Shown: positions 41,199-52,093, counted from the first letter of the stretch. The stretch: 64,000 bases of DNA from Chitinophaga pinensis (GCA_945883545.1 CAMCXT010000001.1:78864-142863); one strand, 5' to 3'. The notes: generated by a model from the sequence alone, not told the origin. A program made the numbers and translations.

Positions 41199-42611
41199 AT
41201 GAAAAAATATTTCACTCATTTCACTGTTTTTTGCAGTCTTCTTTTTGGCTCTTTCTTAAGTGTTGAGGCCCAGCAACTATCAGATGATCAGCTCAAGGTT
41301 TTTCAAACTTCAGATCTTTCGAAGTACAATTTCGATATAGAGAAAAAGTCGAAATCCTTGGTTAAGAGCCAAGACCTCCTCGAAAAAGATGTTGCTTTCA
41401 AAGTTTATGCGGATGCCCTTTTGCGCATTTCTAGCATGATCAATGCTGGCGATTTCTATATCAACGATGAAATTACTTCTTATCTCGAGGGGATGATTCA
41501 GAAAATTGATCCTGATAACAATCCCGAGTCTGGAATCTACCGTGTGCTGCTCAGTAGATCATCTATTCCCAATGCTTTTTGTACGGTCGATGGTACAGTT
41601 ATCGTAAATATCGGACTGATCGGCTTGATGGAGAATGAATCACAACTTGCAGGCGTTCTCGCTCACGAAATCAGCCACTTCAAGAAAAGCCATTCTCTCA
41701 AACAGGTTAAAGCATCAATCGAAGACAGCAAATCGGGAAGAAGATCATATTCATCCTTGTATTTGAGTATGAAGTATTCGAGAGATTCTGAATATGAGGC
41801 CGATGCTGCCGGATTGAATTTAATCGCTGCGTCTCCATTCGATGCCTACGAATACAGTAAAGCATTAGAATTGGTAACTGGTAAAAATTCGGATTCAACT
41901 GAGATAGATTTATTGCAGTTTTTCAAGTCGGATGTTTTCAAACTCGACACCTCAATCATCTCTGCAAAAGAGGTGAAGCGCTTGCTTAAAAAATCAGCGA
42001 AGAAAGAAGAACGCACCCTTTTGAGTGGAAACGATGAAATGTTTGAAAGCCATCCTGAAGGTCAAAAACGACAGTTGGCAGCAGGAGAAATCCTCTCTTC
42101 TATCAGCTATGTGAAACCTACAATCGCAGCGAATGATGCTGATTTTAAAAGGTTTCAACGTTTAGCGCGCTTTGAAATGGTGAAGAACGATTATTACCGA
42201 GCGGATTATTTACAAGGCCTTCACAATGCACTTCGACTTTCTGATTTATATCCTACAAATGCATTTGCCAAAAATATGATTGTCTCAAATCTGTATTGGT
42301 TGTGTAATTTGAAAAGCGCTGGAGTTATTGACGATTTGCTAGATGAAACCGAAATCAGAAACATAAAATCAATGGCTCAATTGAAATTGATTTTTCAAGA
42401 AACTCCGAATGATGAATTGGGGAAATTCCTTTTTACTTATTTAAAGAAACTTTGGGAAGCCGACAATAGCAACGAAACTGTGCTTTATTATTTGGCATCT
42501 GCTGCAGATATTCATTTGGGAAAAGAAACAGCTAAAATTCATTACAAGAACTATTCTTCAAAATTTCCTAGCGGAATTTACATCACCAGCGTAAATGAGA
42601 AACTTCAGTAA
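41199..42611 (+). CDS. Secreted M48-like zinc metallopeptidase (HExxH)
   Basis: Signal peptide. The 'VLAHEISHFKKSH' HExxH motif has M48/HtpX-like context. Confidence 0.5.
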   Translation: MKKYFTHFTVFCSLLFGSFLSVEAQQLSDDQLKVFQTSDLSKYNFDIEKKSKSLVKSQDLLEKDVAFKVYADALLRISSMINAGDFYINDEITSYLEGMIQKIDPDNNPESGIYRVLLSRSSIPNAFCTVDGTVIVNIGLIGLMENESQLAGVLAHEISHFKKSHSLKQVKASIEDSKSGRRSYSSLYLSMKYSRDSEYEADAAGLNLIAASPFDAYEYSKALELVTGKNSDSTEIDLLQFFKSDVFKLDTSIISAKEVKRLLKKSAKKEERTLLSGNDEMFESHPEGQKRQLAAGEILSSISYVKPTIAANDADFKRFQRLARFEMVKNDYYRADYLQGLHNALRLSDLYPTNAFAKNMIVSNLYWLCNLKSAGVIDDLLDETEIRNIKSMAQLKLIFQETPNDELGKFLFTYLKKLWEADNSNETVLYYLASAADIHLGKETAKIHYKNYSSKFPSGIYITSVNEKLQ

Positions 42612-43275
42612 ATATATCCTAGGATTAGCATCATTGCTGCTATTTCTTATTTCCTGTTCAAGTTCTAAAGGATTTATTTTTGCATTGCACACCGATTCGT
42701 TTCAGAATAAAAAATCTGAACTTCAAAAAGTGATATGCATTAATCCAACCTTCAGAAAGTTCGAGGACACAGATTTCGATGACGAAGATTATGAATTCGC
42801 TAGTAAATTCAAGCAGTTGTACAACTCTTCTATTGAAAAGTATTCCAAGAAAAACAAGTTGAATTATGAAGTTTATTCTCCTTACAGCGAAGGAGAGAAG
42901 CTAACAAGCTACTATAAAGATCTGCTTCCATTGAAGTCGGCAATATTGAAATCACTCAATGTGCAAGACAACCCAATGAATGAGGTTGAATCAAACACCT
43001 ACAAAAAGGAAATCATTCAGAAATTTGTTGTTCCAACTATGCTTCCTGCTGAGTTAGCCGAATTGGTTGGGAAATACGATACACCTTATTTCTCTTTGGT
43101 AGATATCTATACTTCAAATGGGAAGTCCTACCTTTTTCATGTGATCGTAGATTTAAACCTTGGTCGAATCGAATATCAGGAAATTAAAGGCTATTCAGGT
43201 CTTGTTAAAAAATCGGAAATGAAAATGTTTGTTTACGACAGCTTTTATTTACTGGATAAATTTTTCAAAAAATGA
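42595..43275 (+). CDS. Hypothetical lipoprotein
   Basis: 'LLFLISCSS' lipobox. The start overlaps the upstream stop by 17 nt. Confidence 0.5.
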   Translation: MRNFSKYILGLASLLLFLISCSSSKGFIFALHTDSFQNKKSELQKVICINPTFRKFEDTDFDDEDYEFASKFKQLYNSSIEKYSKKNKLNYEVYSPYSEGEKLTSYYKDLLPLKSAILKSLNVQDNPMNEVESNTYKKEIIQKFVVPTMLPAELAELVGKYDTPYFSLVDIYTSNGKSYLFHVIVDLNLGRIEYQEIKGYSGLVKKSEMKMFVYDSFYLLDKFFKK

Positions 43276-44147
43276 GAAAACTAATTCTCTTCACATTAAT
43301 AGCTTTTTCAGTTACTTTCCAGGCTTTTTCTCAAGGTGTTTTGGGAAAAAAAGCTGTCGTTAAAGTAAATCTTTTTAATGGCTTTAGAATGCCACTCAAT
43401 GATGTTCAATTTGAATATGCATTGGGCAAGAAATTTTCGATTACAGCTGGATACTCGCTATTAGCTTCAAATATTCGCCCAGAATATAGATTAGATTACG
43501 CGTATAATTTTTTGCAGACCTCTAGCCAAGCAACTCTAAAGAAATACGAGTACACTGATTATGAGATCGGGTATTTAGCTAGTCAATTTCTCGATAATCG
43601 GGCATACAATTATGATGACGCTGAAGTATTTTCATTTCCAGAAAAATTAAATGTACAGTCATCTGTTTGGTCAATTGGTTTGAGAAGTTACAAAAGCTCA
43701 ATCTTCTCAGCACCTTATGGAAGGTATTTTTCACTCGAATATCTTCGCGGCAAACAAAAGGTAACTGGAAATATTCAAATACCTATCCCTCGTGTAGATG
43801 ATTTTGTTGTTGGAAGCTACAATTCTTATTATGTAAAAAGCCAACGAAAATTTAAAGTCACCGACAGAGAAATAAATACATCCTCTTTTCAAATGAATTT
43901 CGGGAAACAATGGGTGAAATTTGATGTCTTAACGATCGACTTTTCTTGGGGCTTAGTGTATTCATTTACTTCAGCAACGAACAAAGCACAGGATGGTTAT
44001 ATTGCTAGTATTCTTGCAAGAAACAATGGTGCTAATTTTGGGTCATTTCCTCACACAAAATGGAATACAATTTCTTCTACAATCGATTACCGCAAATCAG
44101 CATTGGGAATGAATATCTTCCTTAGAGTTGGTTACCTTTTATTTTAA
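43272..44147 (+). CDS. Hypothetical outer-membrane beta-barrel-like protein
   Basis: Signal peptide with alternating hydrophobic beta-strand patterning and a C-terminal '..YLLF'. Overlaps the upstream stop by 4 nt. Confidence 0.4.
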   Translation: MRKLILFTLIAFSVTFQAFSQGVLGKKAVVKVNLFNGFRMPLNDVQFEYALGKKFSITAGYSLLASNIRPEYRLDYAYNFLQTSSQATLKKYEYTDYEIGYLASQFLDNRAYNYDDAEVFSFPEKLNVQSSVWSIGLRSYKSSIFSAPYGRYFSLEYLRGKQKVTGNIQIPIPRVDDFVVGSYNSYYVKSQRKFKVTDREINTSSFQMNFGKQWVKFDVLTIDFSWGLVYSFTSATNKAQDGYIASILARNNGANFGSFPHTKWNTISSTIDYRKSALGMNIFLRVGYLLF

Positions 44148-44232
44148 ATTCAGCTCCTTTTCACATTCTTTCTAATTGATTGTTTTTAGCAATAGAAAGT
44201 TTGAAATTAAAATCCTAAAAAATCAGGGCAGT

Positions 44233-46041
44233 CTAATACCCCAATGTTTTCAATATTAAGAAGGAACCAGGTTCTACTGTTGTTACCATGTTCCCACCCG
44301 GAGATTGAATTTTCATATTCCCTGGAACAGTAAACATTGCTTCAATTTTAGGAAGTTTATATTCAAACCTAAATGGCTTTTCGCCCGAATTGAATAGTGC
44401 AATAACAATGTCTTCATTGTTGCTTCTTTCGAAACCGAAAACACCTGAAGCATCGTCAGAAATTATTGTTTTGTAATTGCCCGTATGCAGCACTGTTTGC
44501 TCTTTTCTAAATTGCAACAACGATCGGCAAAACGCATAAAATTTAACATCAAAATTAGGGTCGTCTATTTGATTACTCAATTTTCCTTCGGAATTGATTT
44601 TCTCAAGATCATATTTTAATTCCTGCCAAACCATCGGCTTTCTGCAATCTGGATCGTTGGCCCCCCACATTCCTGCTTCGGTGCCATAGTACATCATTGG
44701 TGCACCCGGATAGCAAGCCATAAATGCCAAAATCATTTTCTGTATCGCACGTTCCTTTTCATCCGGCTTTCGGGTTAAATAGTCTTTGTTTTCTGCTTTC
44801 GACCAACCAAAGTATTCGCCCCAATTGTGGTATTTCTTTTTTTGCTGATTTACAACGTGTGATGCCATTCTGTTGGTGTCGTGGCTATCAAATAAATTCA
44901 TCATAATTAACGGATCAACACCAAACGCTTCCCGCAGATTCTTTAACGATTTGTCTAGCGATGACGGGCTCATTCGATTTTCTCCAATAAAATAATCCGC
45001 CAGAATAAATCCGAAATTGTAATTCATTACAGCGTCAAATTCATCTCCTTCAACGTAAGGCTTCACTTTGCTTACGCTATCAATTACTTCAGCCGTTAAA
45101 TAAGCTTCTGGATTTATTCCCTTCACCAATTTTCTCCAATCTTTCCAAAATTCGTGACGCACACAAAAAGCGACATCTAGCCTCCATCCATCAATTCCAT
45201 CTCTAGGATTTCCATCACCATTCGGATCCATCCACCTGCGTGTACTTTGATAAATGTATTGTTTCGGTCCATCCACAATGCCATTTTCATCCTCCCTGAT
45301 CTCTGGCAAATCTTTCACGCCAAACCAACCTTCATATTCTAATGTTTTTCCAGTGGATGAATCAGCAAACTGCTTCACAATAAACCAATTTGCATATTTC
45401 GAGTTCTTTCCATTTTTCACCAAGTCTTTAAAGGCAAAGCTGTTAACACCCATGTGATTGAACACCCCATCAAAAATTACCCTAATGCCCGATTTGTGTA
45501 GCGAATCGATCATCTTCAAAGCCAATTTATCGGCAGAGGTCCATGCCCAAGTTTCTGGTTTCAAGGGATCTTCTTGCTCCATTAATTTGATATCGCCGGC
45601 TGGATCAGGTCCAAATGTCGGATCAACATGATGGTACATTGCGCCATCATACTTATGATTTGACGGTGCCATAAATATGGGATTCAAATACAAAGTATTG
45701 ACTCCTAAATCTTTCAAATACCCAATTTTGTTGATGATGCCCTGAATATCTCCTCCATATCTCCTTCTGGTGATGTTGAACGAATATCCTTTTCCATTGG
45801 ACTTTTCCCAAGGTTGAAGTTCATACCAGTCGGATGTCCATGGATGAATTTGCCAAGGTCCTGTAGTGTCATGTGGCCAAGAACCAATTTGATCTCCAAT
45901 TTTCGGATCATTCGAAGGGTCGCCATTGCAAAAACGATCAGGGAAAATCTGGTACCAAACAGCACTACTGGCCCATTTAGGCGACTGTGCAATCGCCAAA
46001 CTGCTCCACACAAGGAGAATTGGAAGGATTCGTTTCTTCAT
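44233..46041 (-). CDS. Glycoside hydrolase family 13 (alpha-amylase family) enzyme, secreted
   Basis: Signal peptide. The conserved GH13 regions 'GIRVIFDGVFNHMG', 'GWRLDVA' and 'FDSHDT' are present. Confidence 0.8.
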   Translation of the reverse strand: MKKRILPILLVWSSLAIAQSPKWASSAVWYQIFPDRFCNGDPSNDPKIGDQIGSWPHDTTGPWQIHPWTSDWYELQPWEKSNGKGYSFNITRRRYGGDIQGIINKIGYLKDLGVNTLYLNPIFMAPSNHKYDGAMYHHVDPTFGPDPAGDIKLMEQEDPLKPETWAWTSADKLALKMIDSLHKSGIRVIFDGVFNHMGVNSFAFKDLVKNGKNSKYANWFIVKQFADSSTGKTLEYEGWFGVKDLPEIREDENGIVDGPKQYIYQSTRRWMDPNGDGNPRDGIDGWRLDVAFCVRHEFWKDWRKLVKGINPEAYLTAEVIDSVSKVKPYVEGDEFDAVMNYNFGFILADYFIGENRMSPSSLDKSLKNLREAFGVDPLIMMNLFDSHDTNRMASHVVNQQKKKYHNWGEYFGWSKAENKDYLTRKPDEKERAIQKMILAFMACYPGAPMMYYGTEAGMWGANDPDCRKPMVWQELKYDLEKINSEGKLSNQIDDPNFDVKFYAFCRSLLQFRKEQTVLHTGNYKTIISDDASGVFGFERSNNEDIVIALFNSGEKPFRFEYKLPKIEAMFTVPGNMKIQSPGGNMVTTVEPGSFLILKTLGY

Positions 46042-46084
46042 GCTTCCAAAGTACCGAAATCAGTCTTAATTTCGAACCTCTAAA

Positions 46085-47497
46085 ATGAACCCAATCAAAC
46101 TCACCGATTTTGCCAGAATGCTCGAAGCTGGTATTCGAGATCAATTCGGACAATCATCTTATTGGGTTACAGGCGAGCTTTCTAATCTGAAGATTTATGA
46201 AAACAAAGGCCATCTGTATTTTCATTTGGTCGAAAAGGATGCTTCAACAGGAATTGTTTCGGCCGAGCTGTCTTGTGTAGGCTTCAATGCAGCATATGTT
46301 TCCGTAAGAGCTTTCGAAGAGGCAACTGGTCAGCCGTTTAGCAACGGAATCGAGATTTTAGTGCAAGTGATTGTTGCTTTCCACCCAGTGAAAGGACTCA
46401 AATTGCAGCTTCAGCATGTGGATGTCAACTACAGCGCTGGAAAAATCCAACAACAACGGAAATTATCGATCAAGAAATTGGTAGATGAAAACCCCGATGC
46501 TGCACAAATCATCGATGGACAACTTTTCACCCGAAATCAATCGCATCAATTACCACTCGCATTTCGAAAGCTTGCCGTAATCTCATCCGAACAAAGTGCT
46601 GGTTTTCAAGATTTCATGCACACCCTTGAGCAAAATACTTTTGGATACAAAATCGATGTCGATCTTTACCCTACTGTCGTTCAAGGTGAGGCAAATGTGA
46701 GCCAATTGGTGAATCGGATGGTCGAAATATTTACCTCCAATATTGCCTATGATGCCTTGATTTTGGTGCGTGGTGGAGGTTCTCAAACCGATTTTCTATT
46801 GTATGATGCCTATCCACTCATCAAGGCAGTTTCAAGATTTCCAATCCCTGTAATTACCGGTTTGGGGCACCTAAAGGATATTTCTCTCACCGACATGGTC
46901 GCCCACACAAGCCTGAAAACGCCAACAATGGTCGCCGAATTTATTATTGCAAGAAATAGGGCATTTGAGGATCACCTATTTTCGGTTCGGCAACAAATTG
47001 TAATCAATGGACAAAAACTTTTGCATGCGGCACAAGGTCAATTGATCGCTACGCGGGATGAGATTCGAAACTCAAGCCGCGAACTATGTGCATCTAACCG
47101 CGACGACTTGGCTCAACTGAAAAATGAGATTTACAATGATGCACTTCGGTTGATTCGTCAAGCAGACAATGTCCAACTCGACTTGAAACGAAGAGTCACC
47201 ACTTTACCCGCATTCCAATTACAGCGTTCGCACACCGAATTGAACAATCATATGCGTGGAATTCAAACAGCATCGGTGCAATTTCAAAAAGCCAAACTCA
47301 CCGAATTGCATGCATTTGAAAACATCATTCGTATTTTAGGCCCTGAATCAACCATGAAACGAGGATACGCCTTGGTGCTTAAAAAGGGCAAAGTCGTTCG
47401 TGACATTGAACAAATCTCGATCAACGATACTGTCGAAATCCAGCTCATTGGCGGACAAGCATCAGCGACCATCAACACAACAAATAAAAATGGCTAA
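46085..47497 (+). CDS. xseA: Exodeoxyribonuclease VII large subunit
   Basis: 470 aa with an OB-fold N-terminus and a 'LVRGGGS..DL' catalytic region. Followed by xseB. Confidence 0.85.
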   Translation: MNPIKLTDFARMLEAGIRDQFGQSSYWVTGELSNLKIYENKGHLYFHLVEKDASTGIVSAELSCVGFNAAYVSVRAFEEATGQPFSNGIEILVQVIVAFHPVKGLKLQLQHVDVNYSAGKIQQQRKLSIKKLVDENPDAAQIIDGQLFTRNQSHQLPLAFRKLAVISSEQSAGFQDFMHTLEQNTFGYKIDVDLYPTVVQGEANVSQLVNRMVEIFTSNIAYDALILVRGGGSQTDFLLYDAYPLIKAVSRFPIPVITGLGHLKDISLTDMVAHTSLKTPTMVAEFIIARNRAFEDHLFSVRQQIVINGQKLLHAAQGQLIATRDEIRNSSRELCASNRDDLAQLKNEIYNDALRLIRQADNVQLDLKRRVTTLPAFQLQRSHTELNNHMRGIQTASVQFQKAKLTELHAFENIIRILGPESTMKRGYALVLKKGKVVRDIEQISINDTVEIQLIGGQASATINTTNKNG

Positions 47498-47702
47498 GAC
47501 AAAAGAAGCTGCGCAGCTCAGCTACGAACAAGCGCTCTCAGAATTAAAAAAAATTGCCGAAGCCATAGAAAATGAATCGGTTTCAATCGACGAGTTGGCC
47601 GACAAAGTAAAACGAGCCTCTGAATTGGTTGAATATTGCAAAGAAAAACTCAGAAATACCGAGGCAGAGCTTGATAAAGTGATCGGTAAAATGGGAAAAT
47701 AA
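47490..47702 (+). CDS. xseB: Exodeoxyribonuclease VII small subunit
   Basis: 70 aa, 'MAKTKEAAQLSYEQALSELKKIAEAIENE'. ATG at 47490 overlaps the xseA stop. The ORF track's 47400 start is an upstream in-frame extension. Confidence 0.8.
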   Translation: MAKTKEAAQLSYEQALSELKKIAEAIENESVSIDELADKVKRASELVEYCKEKLRNTEAELDKVIGKMGK

Positions 47703-47804
47703 TCTCAATGCAACGTATTGAAATTTTGCATCATCTTTCAGTAAGATGTTAACTGAATGTAAAAAACACTTGCATCACAAAATAGGATTGGCTACTTTTG
47801 GACT

Positions 47805-50800
47805 ATGAGGAAACTCTACAAGGCTAGTATTATCAGAGTTTTATGGGTTTTTGCGCTGTTGCTGGCATTTTCAAATGTAGCACAGTCGCAATACTGCGCA
47901 CCGTCGTACAACAATCCATGCTTCAATCCAGGCGTTACCGACGATAACATCAACAGTTTCTCCACAGCTGGAGGAATAACCAATATTTCCAACCTCAATA
48001 CTGGTTGCAACGGAACCCAACCTGCAAATTATATCTACAATTCTGGGATGACCGTTACGGTTATGCGCGGAAGTTCCTTTACAGTTCAAGTTCAATGTTC
48101 TCCAGGAACCGGATTCGCAGCATTTGCTCAAGGGTTTAAGATTTGGGTCGATTGGGATCAAAATGGTGTGTTCGAAAACAACACTTCCAACTCTTGCGAA
48201 ACATCCTTTAACAGCGGTAGCGCAGGTTTTCAAGCTTTCAATGGAACCATCAATGTGCCAACCACCGCAACTCTTGGCATGACCAGAATGCGGGTTCGTT
48301 CAGCATTCAGTACCGTTCCAGCAACTCCTTGTAGCAACGAAAACTATGGAGAAACGGAAGACTATAATGTAATGGTAGTTGCCAATCCGACCAATCCTGG
48401 CTTAACTGTTCTTCCAGTTACTATTTGCGCTGGTCAAACAGCAGCTCTATCAGCAACTGGTGGAGGACTCATCAAATGGTATATCTCTCAAACAGCGGCA
48501 TCTTTCGTAGGCATCGGACCAAACTTCACCACACCGGTCCTCAACACTACCACAACTTATTGGGTGCAAACAGTTATCAATGGCTGCCCATCACCTAGAA
48601 TTCCAGTTACGGTTACTGTGAATCCTCCTTTCAGTGTAGCACCAACAGCCTCAGTTTCCACTGTTTGTGCTGGTGAAGATGTTACCCTAACAGGTCCTGC
48701 AGGCTATGCAAGTTACACTTGGACACCTGCAGCAGTTTTTGCTAGCAACACCGTAAATCCAGCAACTGCAACTATCGGTGCAGCAACAACTTTCACACTT
48801 ACTGTTACCGATGCTGCTGGATGCAGTGGTTCAGGAACAGTGGACGTAGGTCTTGAAGCAGCTCCTCCGCTCACAATTGTCGCAAATACGCAATCTATTT
48901 GTCCAGGAGAATCAGTTACGCTTACTGCATCTGGATCTGGCAATGGTTACAATTGGCTCGCCGCCGATGGTTTAGCAGCATCAACAACTGCTTCTGTAAC
49001 GGCTACTCCTTCAGCAACCACTACATATTCAGTTACGGCAAATTCTACTTCAGGCGCCTGTCCAGCTTCAGCCTCTATAGCTGTTACTGTAAACCCACTG
49101 CCCATCGCCGATGCTGGTTTAAACACCTCAGTTTGTATTGGTTCTAGCGTTCAACTAGTAGCTACCGGCGGAGGCACATATTCTTGGTCACCTTCAAATG
49201 GACTTTCAAACACATCCATTGCTAACCCATTAGCATCACCAAATATCTCAGGAAGCTATGTTGTTACAGTAACTTCTGCAGCTGGATGCGTTGCAACTGA
49301 TGATGTTCTTGTAACTGTAAATTCACTTCCAACCGCAAATCCAGGATCTGGTGCTGCAAATTGTTCAGGAACTGGAGCGCAACTTTCAGGATCCGGAGGA
49401 ACCACTTATTTGTGGACTCCAAATACAGGACTCAACAGCCCTAATATTTCAAACCCACTCGCCACTCCTGCTGCAACAGCCGATTACACACTAACTGTTA
49501 CCGACGCCAATGGCTGTGTTTCTCCTCCATCAGCACCAATAACGGTAACTGTTTTTAGCCAACCAGCCGCGCCAACCATCACTGCATCTGGCCCACTAAC
49601 TTTCTGCCAAGGTGGTTCAGTAGATTTATCTGTTTCTGGAGGCGTTTCTTATTTATGGTCGAATGGAGCAACTGGCGCTACAACCACAATTACTGCTTCT
49701 GGAACTTATACTGTTACACTTACCGATGCCAATGGATGTACCTCTCCAGCTTCTGCAGCTGTTGTGGTGAATGTTACGCCAGGCCCCACAGCTCCAACCA
49801 TTACACCAAACGGCCCACTTGTTTTTTGTCAAGGCGGCTCTGTACAATTGTCTTCTTCAGCATCTGCTTCATACGAATGGTCTAATGGCACTTTAACGCA
49901 AACGGCCAATATTGCCGCTTCAGGATCATATACTGTTACAATCGCCGATGCTTTGGGCTGCGAAAGCACTTCGGCGCCAATAACTGTTACAGTAAATCCA
50001 TTACCAGCTTCGCCTGTTATCACAGCACAATCACCAGCAGCATTTTGTCCTGGAGGAAGCACTACACTTCAAGCTCCATCTGCTGCATCTTGGCTTTGGA
50101 ATACTGGTGCTGTAACACAAACGATTCCTGTAAATACTACTGGCGTTTTTTCGGTAACGGTTACAGATGCAAACGGATGTACTTCGCCAGTTTCTGCAAA
50201 TTTTTCAACCACGCTTTATCCATCACCTGCAGCGCCAGTAATCACAGCAAATGGCAACACCACTTTCTGCCAAGGTGAATCTGTAACGCTATCGGTTCCT
50301 GCAGCGCAATCCTATCTTTGGAATACTGGCCAAGTCTCGCAAAGTATAACGGTAAATTCTTCAGGAACATTCTCTGTTAATACCATAGATTTCAATGGCT
50401 GTCCTGCTCCATTGTCGGCCCCAGTTGTAGTGACCATGAATCCACGTCCTGTGGCTCCAACCATTACGGCAGCTTCAACCCTTAGCTTTTGCGATGGAGA
50501 AACGGTATTCCTCAATGCAAATCCAACCACAGGCATTACTTGGAGTACAGGAGCCACAGCTGCAAATATCGAAGTAGGAGCAACTGGTGCTTACACCGCA
50601 ACTTACACCGATGCAAATGGATGTGTTTCGTATGCTTCAAATTCATTGGTAGTTAATGTAATTCCTTTGGCTAATACGCCTGTAATTACCGCAAATGGCC
50701 CAACCGATTTTTGTCAAGGAGACAGTGTTATTCTTTCGTGCAGCAATGCTCCTAGTTATCTTTGGAGCAATGGCTCAACTTCCAATTCGATCACTGCTGC

Positions 50801-51653
50801 GGCCTCTGGTATCTATTCGGTAACTACAAGTTCACAATGTCCTGCTGCAGACATGACTTCCGATATTACTGTCCAGGCTCGTCCTATTCCTGTGCCTAGT
50901 ATCGATGCCAATTTGACAAAAGATTGCCTTCCATCAACAATCAATTTTTCAGCAAGTACTTCCGGTATTGGTCCATTCTTGTTCGATTGGTCTTTTGGAG
51001 ATGGCAATTCTGCTACTTCAGCTCAACCTTCACACGAATATATTGAGGCTGGCGATTATTCAATTACACTCACCCTCACCGATGTAATTGGTTGCACAGG
51101 TTCCCAAACAATCCCGAATTTTATTGAGATTTTACCAAGGGCAAATCTTCAATTTACAATCGATCCACCTGTTACAACGCTAAGTGATCCATTGGTTACG
51201 TTTACAGGATTAACCAACAATGCATCTGCCGAATCGTGGGAAATAGAAGGCTTTGGAATTTTCAATGAAGATCAAGTTGAAATCCTTTTCGAAGATACAG
51301 GCGCCTATGTGGTTACATATTCAGCCATAACTGCCGAAGGTTGTGAGGCTTCTAAACGCGATACTGTGCTCATTTTCGATGAATTCGCGCTGTATATCCC
51401 TGGAGCTTTCTCGCCAAACGAAGACGGTTTGAATGATGTTTTCATTCCTGTAGCCTCAGGGTTTGAAGCAGAAGACTACGAATTTCAGGTTTTCAATCGC
51501 TGGGGACAAAGAATCTTCTTCACCAATCAACTCGGTGAAGGTTGGACAGGAAACGATGTTAAGCAAGATGTTTACATCTGGACGATCACCGGCAAAAGCC
51601 GCATCAACAAAGAAACTGTTGAGTACAAAGGAAGTGTGACGCTGATTAACTAA
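47805..51653 (+). CDS. Large secreted adhesin-like protein: GEVED domain, ~10 Ig-like repeats, PKD domain and gliding-motility-type (T9SS type B) C-terminal domain
   Basis: Signal peptide. 'GETEDYNVMV' GEVED. Repeated ~78-aa units with 'C.G.SV.L.A.GG..Y.W'. 'FDWSFGDGNS' PKD. C-terminal 'YIPGAFSPNEDGLNDVF'. Confidence 0.75.
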   Translation: MRKLYKASIIRVLWVFALLLAFSNVAQSQYCAPSYNNPCFNPGVTDDNINSFSTAGGITNISNLNTGCNGTQPANYIYNSGMTVTVMRGSSFTVQVQCSPGTGFAAFAQGFKIWVDWDQNGVFENNTSNSCETSFNSGSAGFQAFNGTINVPTTATLGMTRMRVRSAFSTVPATPCSNENYGETEDYNVMVVANPTNPGLTVLPVTICAGQTAALSATGGGLIKWYISQTAASFVGIGPNFTTPVLNTTTTYWVQTVINGCPSPRIPVTVTVNPPFSVAPTASVSTVCAGEDVTLTGPAGYASYTWTPAAVFASNTVNPATATIGAATTFTLTVTDAAGCSGSGTVDVGLEAAPPLTIVANTQSICPGESVTLTASGSGNGYNWLAADGLAASTTASVTATPSATTTYSVTANSTSGACPASASIAVTVNPLPIADAGLNTSVCIGSSVQLVATGGGTYSWSPSNGLSNTSIANPLASPNISGSYVVTVTSAAGCVATDDVLVTVNSLPTANPGSGAANCSGTGAQLSGSGGTTYLWTPNTGLNSPNISNPLATPAATADYTLTVTDANGCVSPPSAPITVTVFSQPAAPTITASGPLTFCQGGSVDLSVSGGVSYLWSNGATGATTTITASGTYTVTLTDANGCTSPASAAVVVNVTPGPTAPTITPNGPLVFCQGGSVQLSSSASASYEWSNGTLTQTANIAASGSYTVTIADALGCESTSAPITVTVNPLPASPVITAQSPAAFCPGGSTTLQAPSAASWLWNTGAVTQTIPVNTTGVFSVTVTDANGCTSPVSANFSTTLYPSPAAPVITANGNTTFCQGESVTLSVPAAQSYLWNTGQVSQSITVNSSGTFSVNTIDFNGCPAPLSAPVVVTMNPRPVAPTITAASTLSFCDGETVFLNANPTTGITWSTGATAANIEVGATGAYTATYTDANGCVSYASNSLVVNVIPLANTPVITANGPTDFCQGDSVILSCSNAPSYLWSNGSTSNSITAAASGIYSVTTSSQCPAADMTSDITVQARPIPVPSIDANLTKDCLPSTINFSASTSGIGPFLFDWSFGDGNSATSAQPSHEYIEAGDYSITLTLTDVIGCTGSQTIPNFIEILPRANLQFTIDPPVTTLSDPLVTFTGLTNNASAESWEIEGFGIFNEDQVEILFEDTGAYVVTYSAITAEGCEASKRDTVLIFDEFALYIPGAFSPNEDGLNDVFIPVASGFEAEDYEFQVFNRWGQRIFFTNQLGEGWTGNDVKQDVYIWTITGKSRINKETVEYKGSVTLIN

Positions 51654-51659
51654 GAAATC

Positions 51660-52058
51660 ACTCCACCACACTTAACCCAAAACTCCCATTCATCACAAAT
51701 GAATCGTCTCTCTCCCGCGGAGAGAGATAAGAGAGAGAGGTAACAGAAAGCGCGTTCAATCTCCAAAGCCACAAGCAATTCGAAAGTTCTAAACTACCTC
51801 AAATGTATCGTCTCTCTCCCTTGGAGAGAAATAAGAGAGTGAGGTAACAGAAAGCGCATTCAATCTCCAAAGCCACAATCAAATCGAAAGCTCTAAACTA
51901 CCTCCAATGTACCGTCTCTCTCCCGCGGAGAGAGATAAGAGAGAGAGGTAAATGAGAGTCCACGAGAATCAATCAGCCACACTTAACCCAAAACTCCCAT
52001 TCATCACAAATGAATCGTCTCTCTCCCGCGGAGAGAGATAAGAGAGAGAGAGGTAAAA
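51660..52058. repeat. Tandem array of four hairpin-bearing elements at 104-bp period (non-coding)
   Basis: The hairpin core 'cgtctctctccc[gcgg/ttgg]agagag ataagagag(a/t)gagg taa' recurs at 51705, 51809, 51913 and 52016. Units 1-2 are ~95% identical over 104 bp. Unit 3 diverges into a copy of the 5'-flank segment. Confidence 0.8.
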
Positions 52059-52093
52059 AAACAAAAAATCCGGCCCCTTTTCAGGAACCGGAT
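52055..52093 (-). terminator. Rho-independent terminator for the minus-strand T9SS cargo gene (possibly bidirectional)
   Basis: On the minus strand, the hairpin atccgg(N14)ccggat is followed by a U-run, 24 nt downstream of the stop at 52117. Confidence 0.55.
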
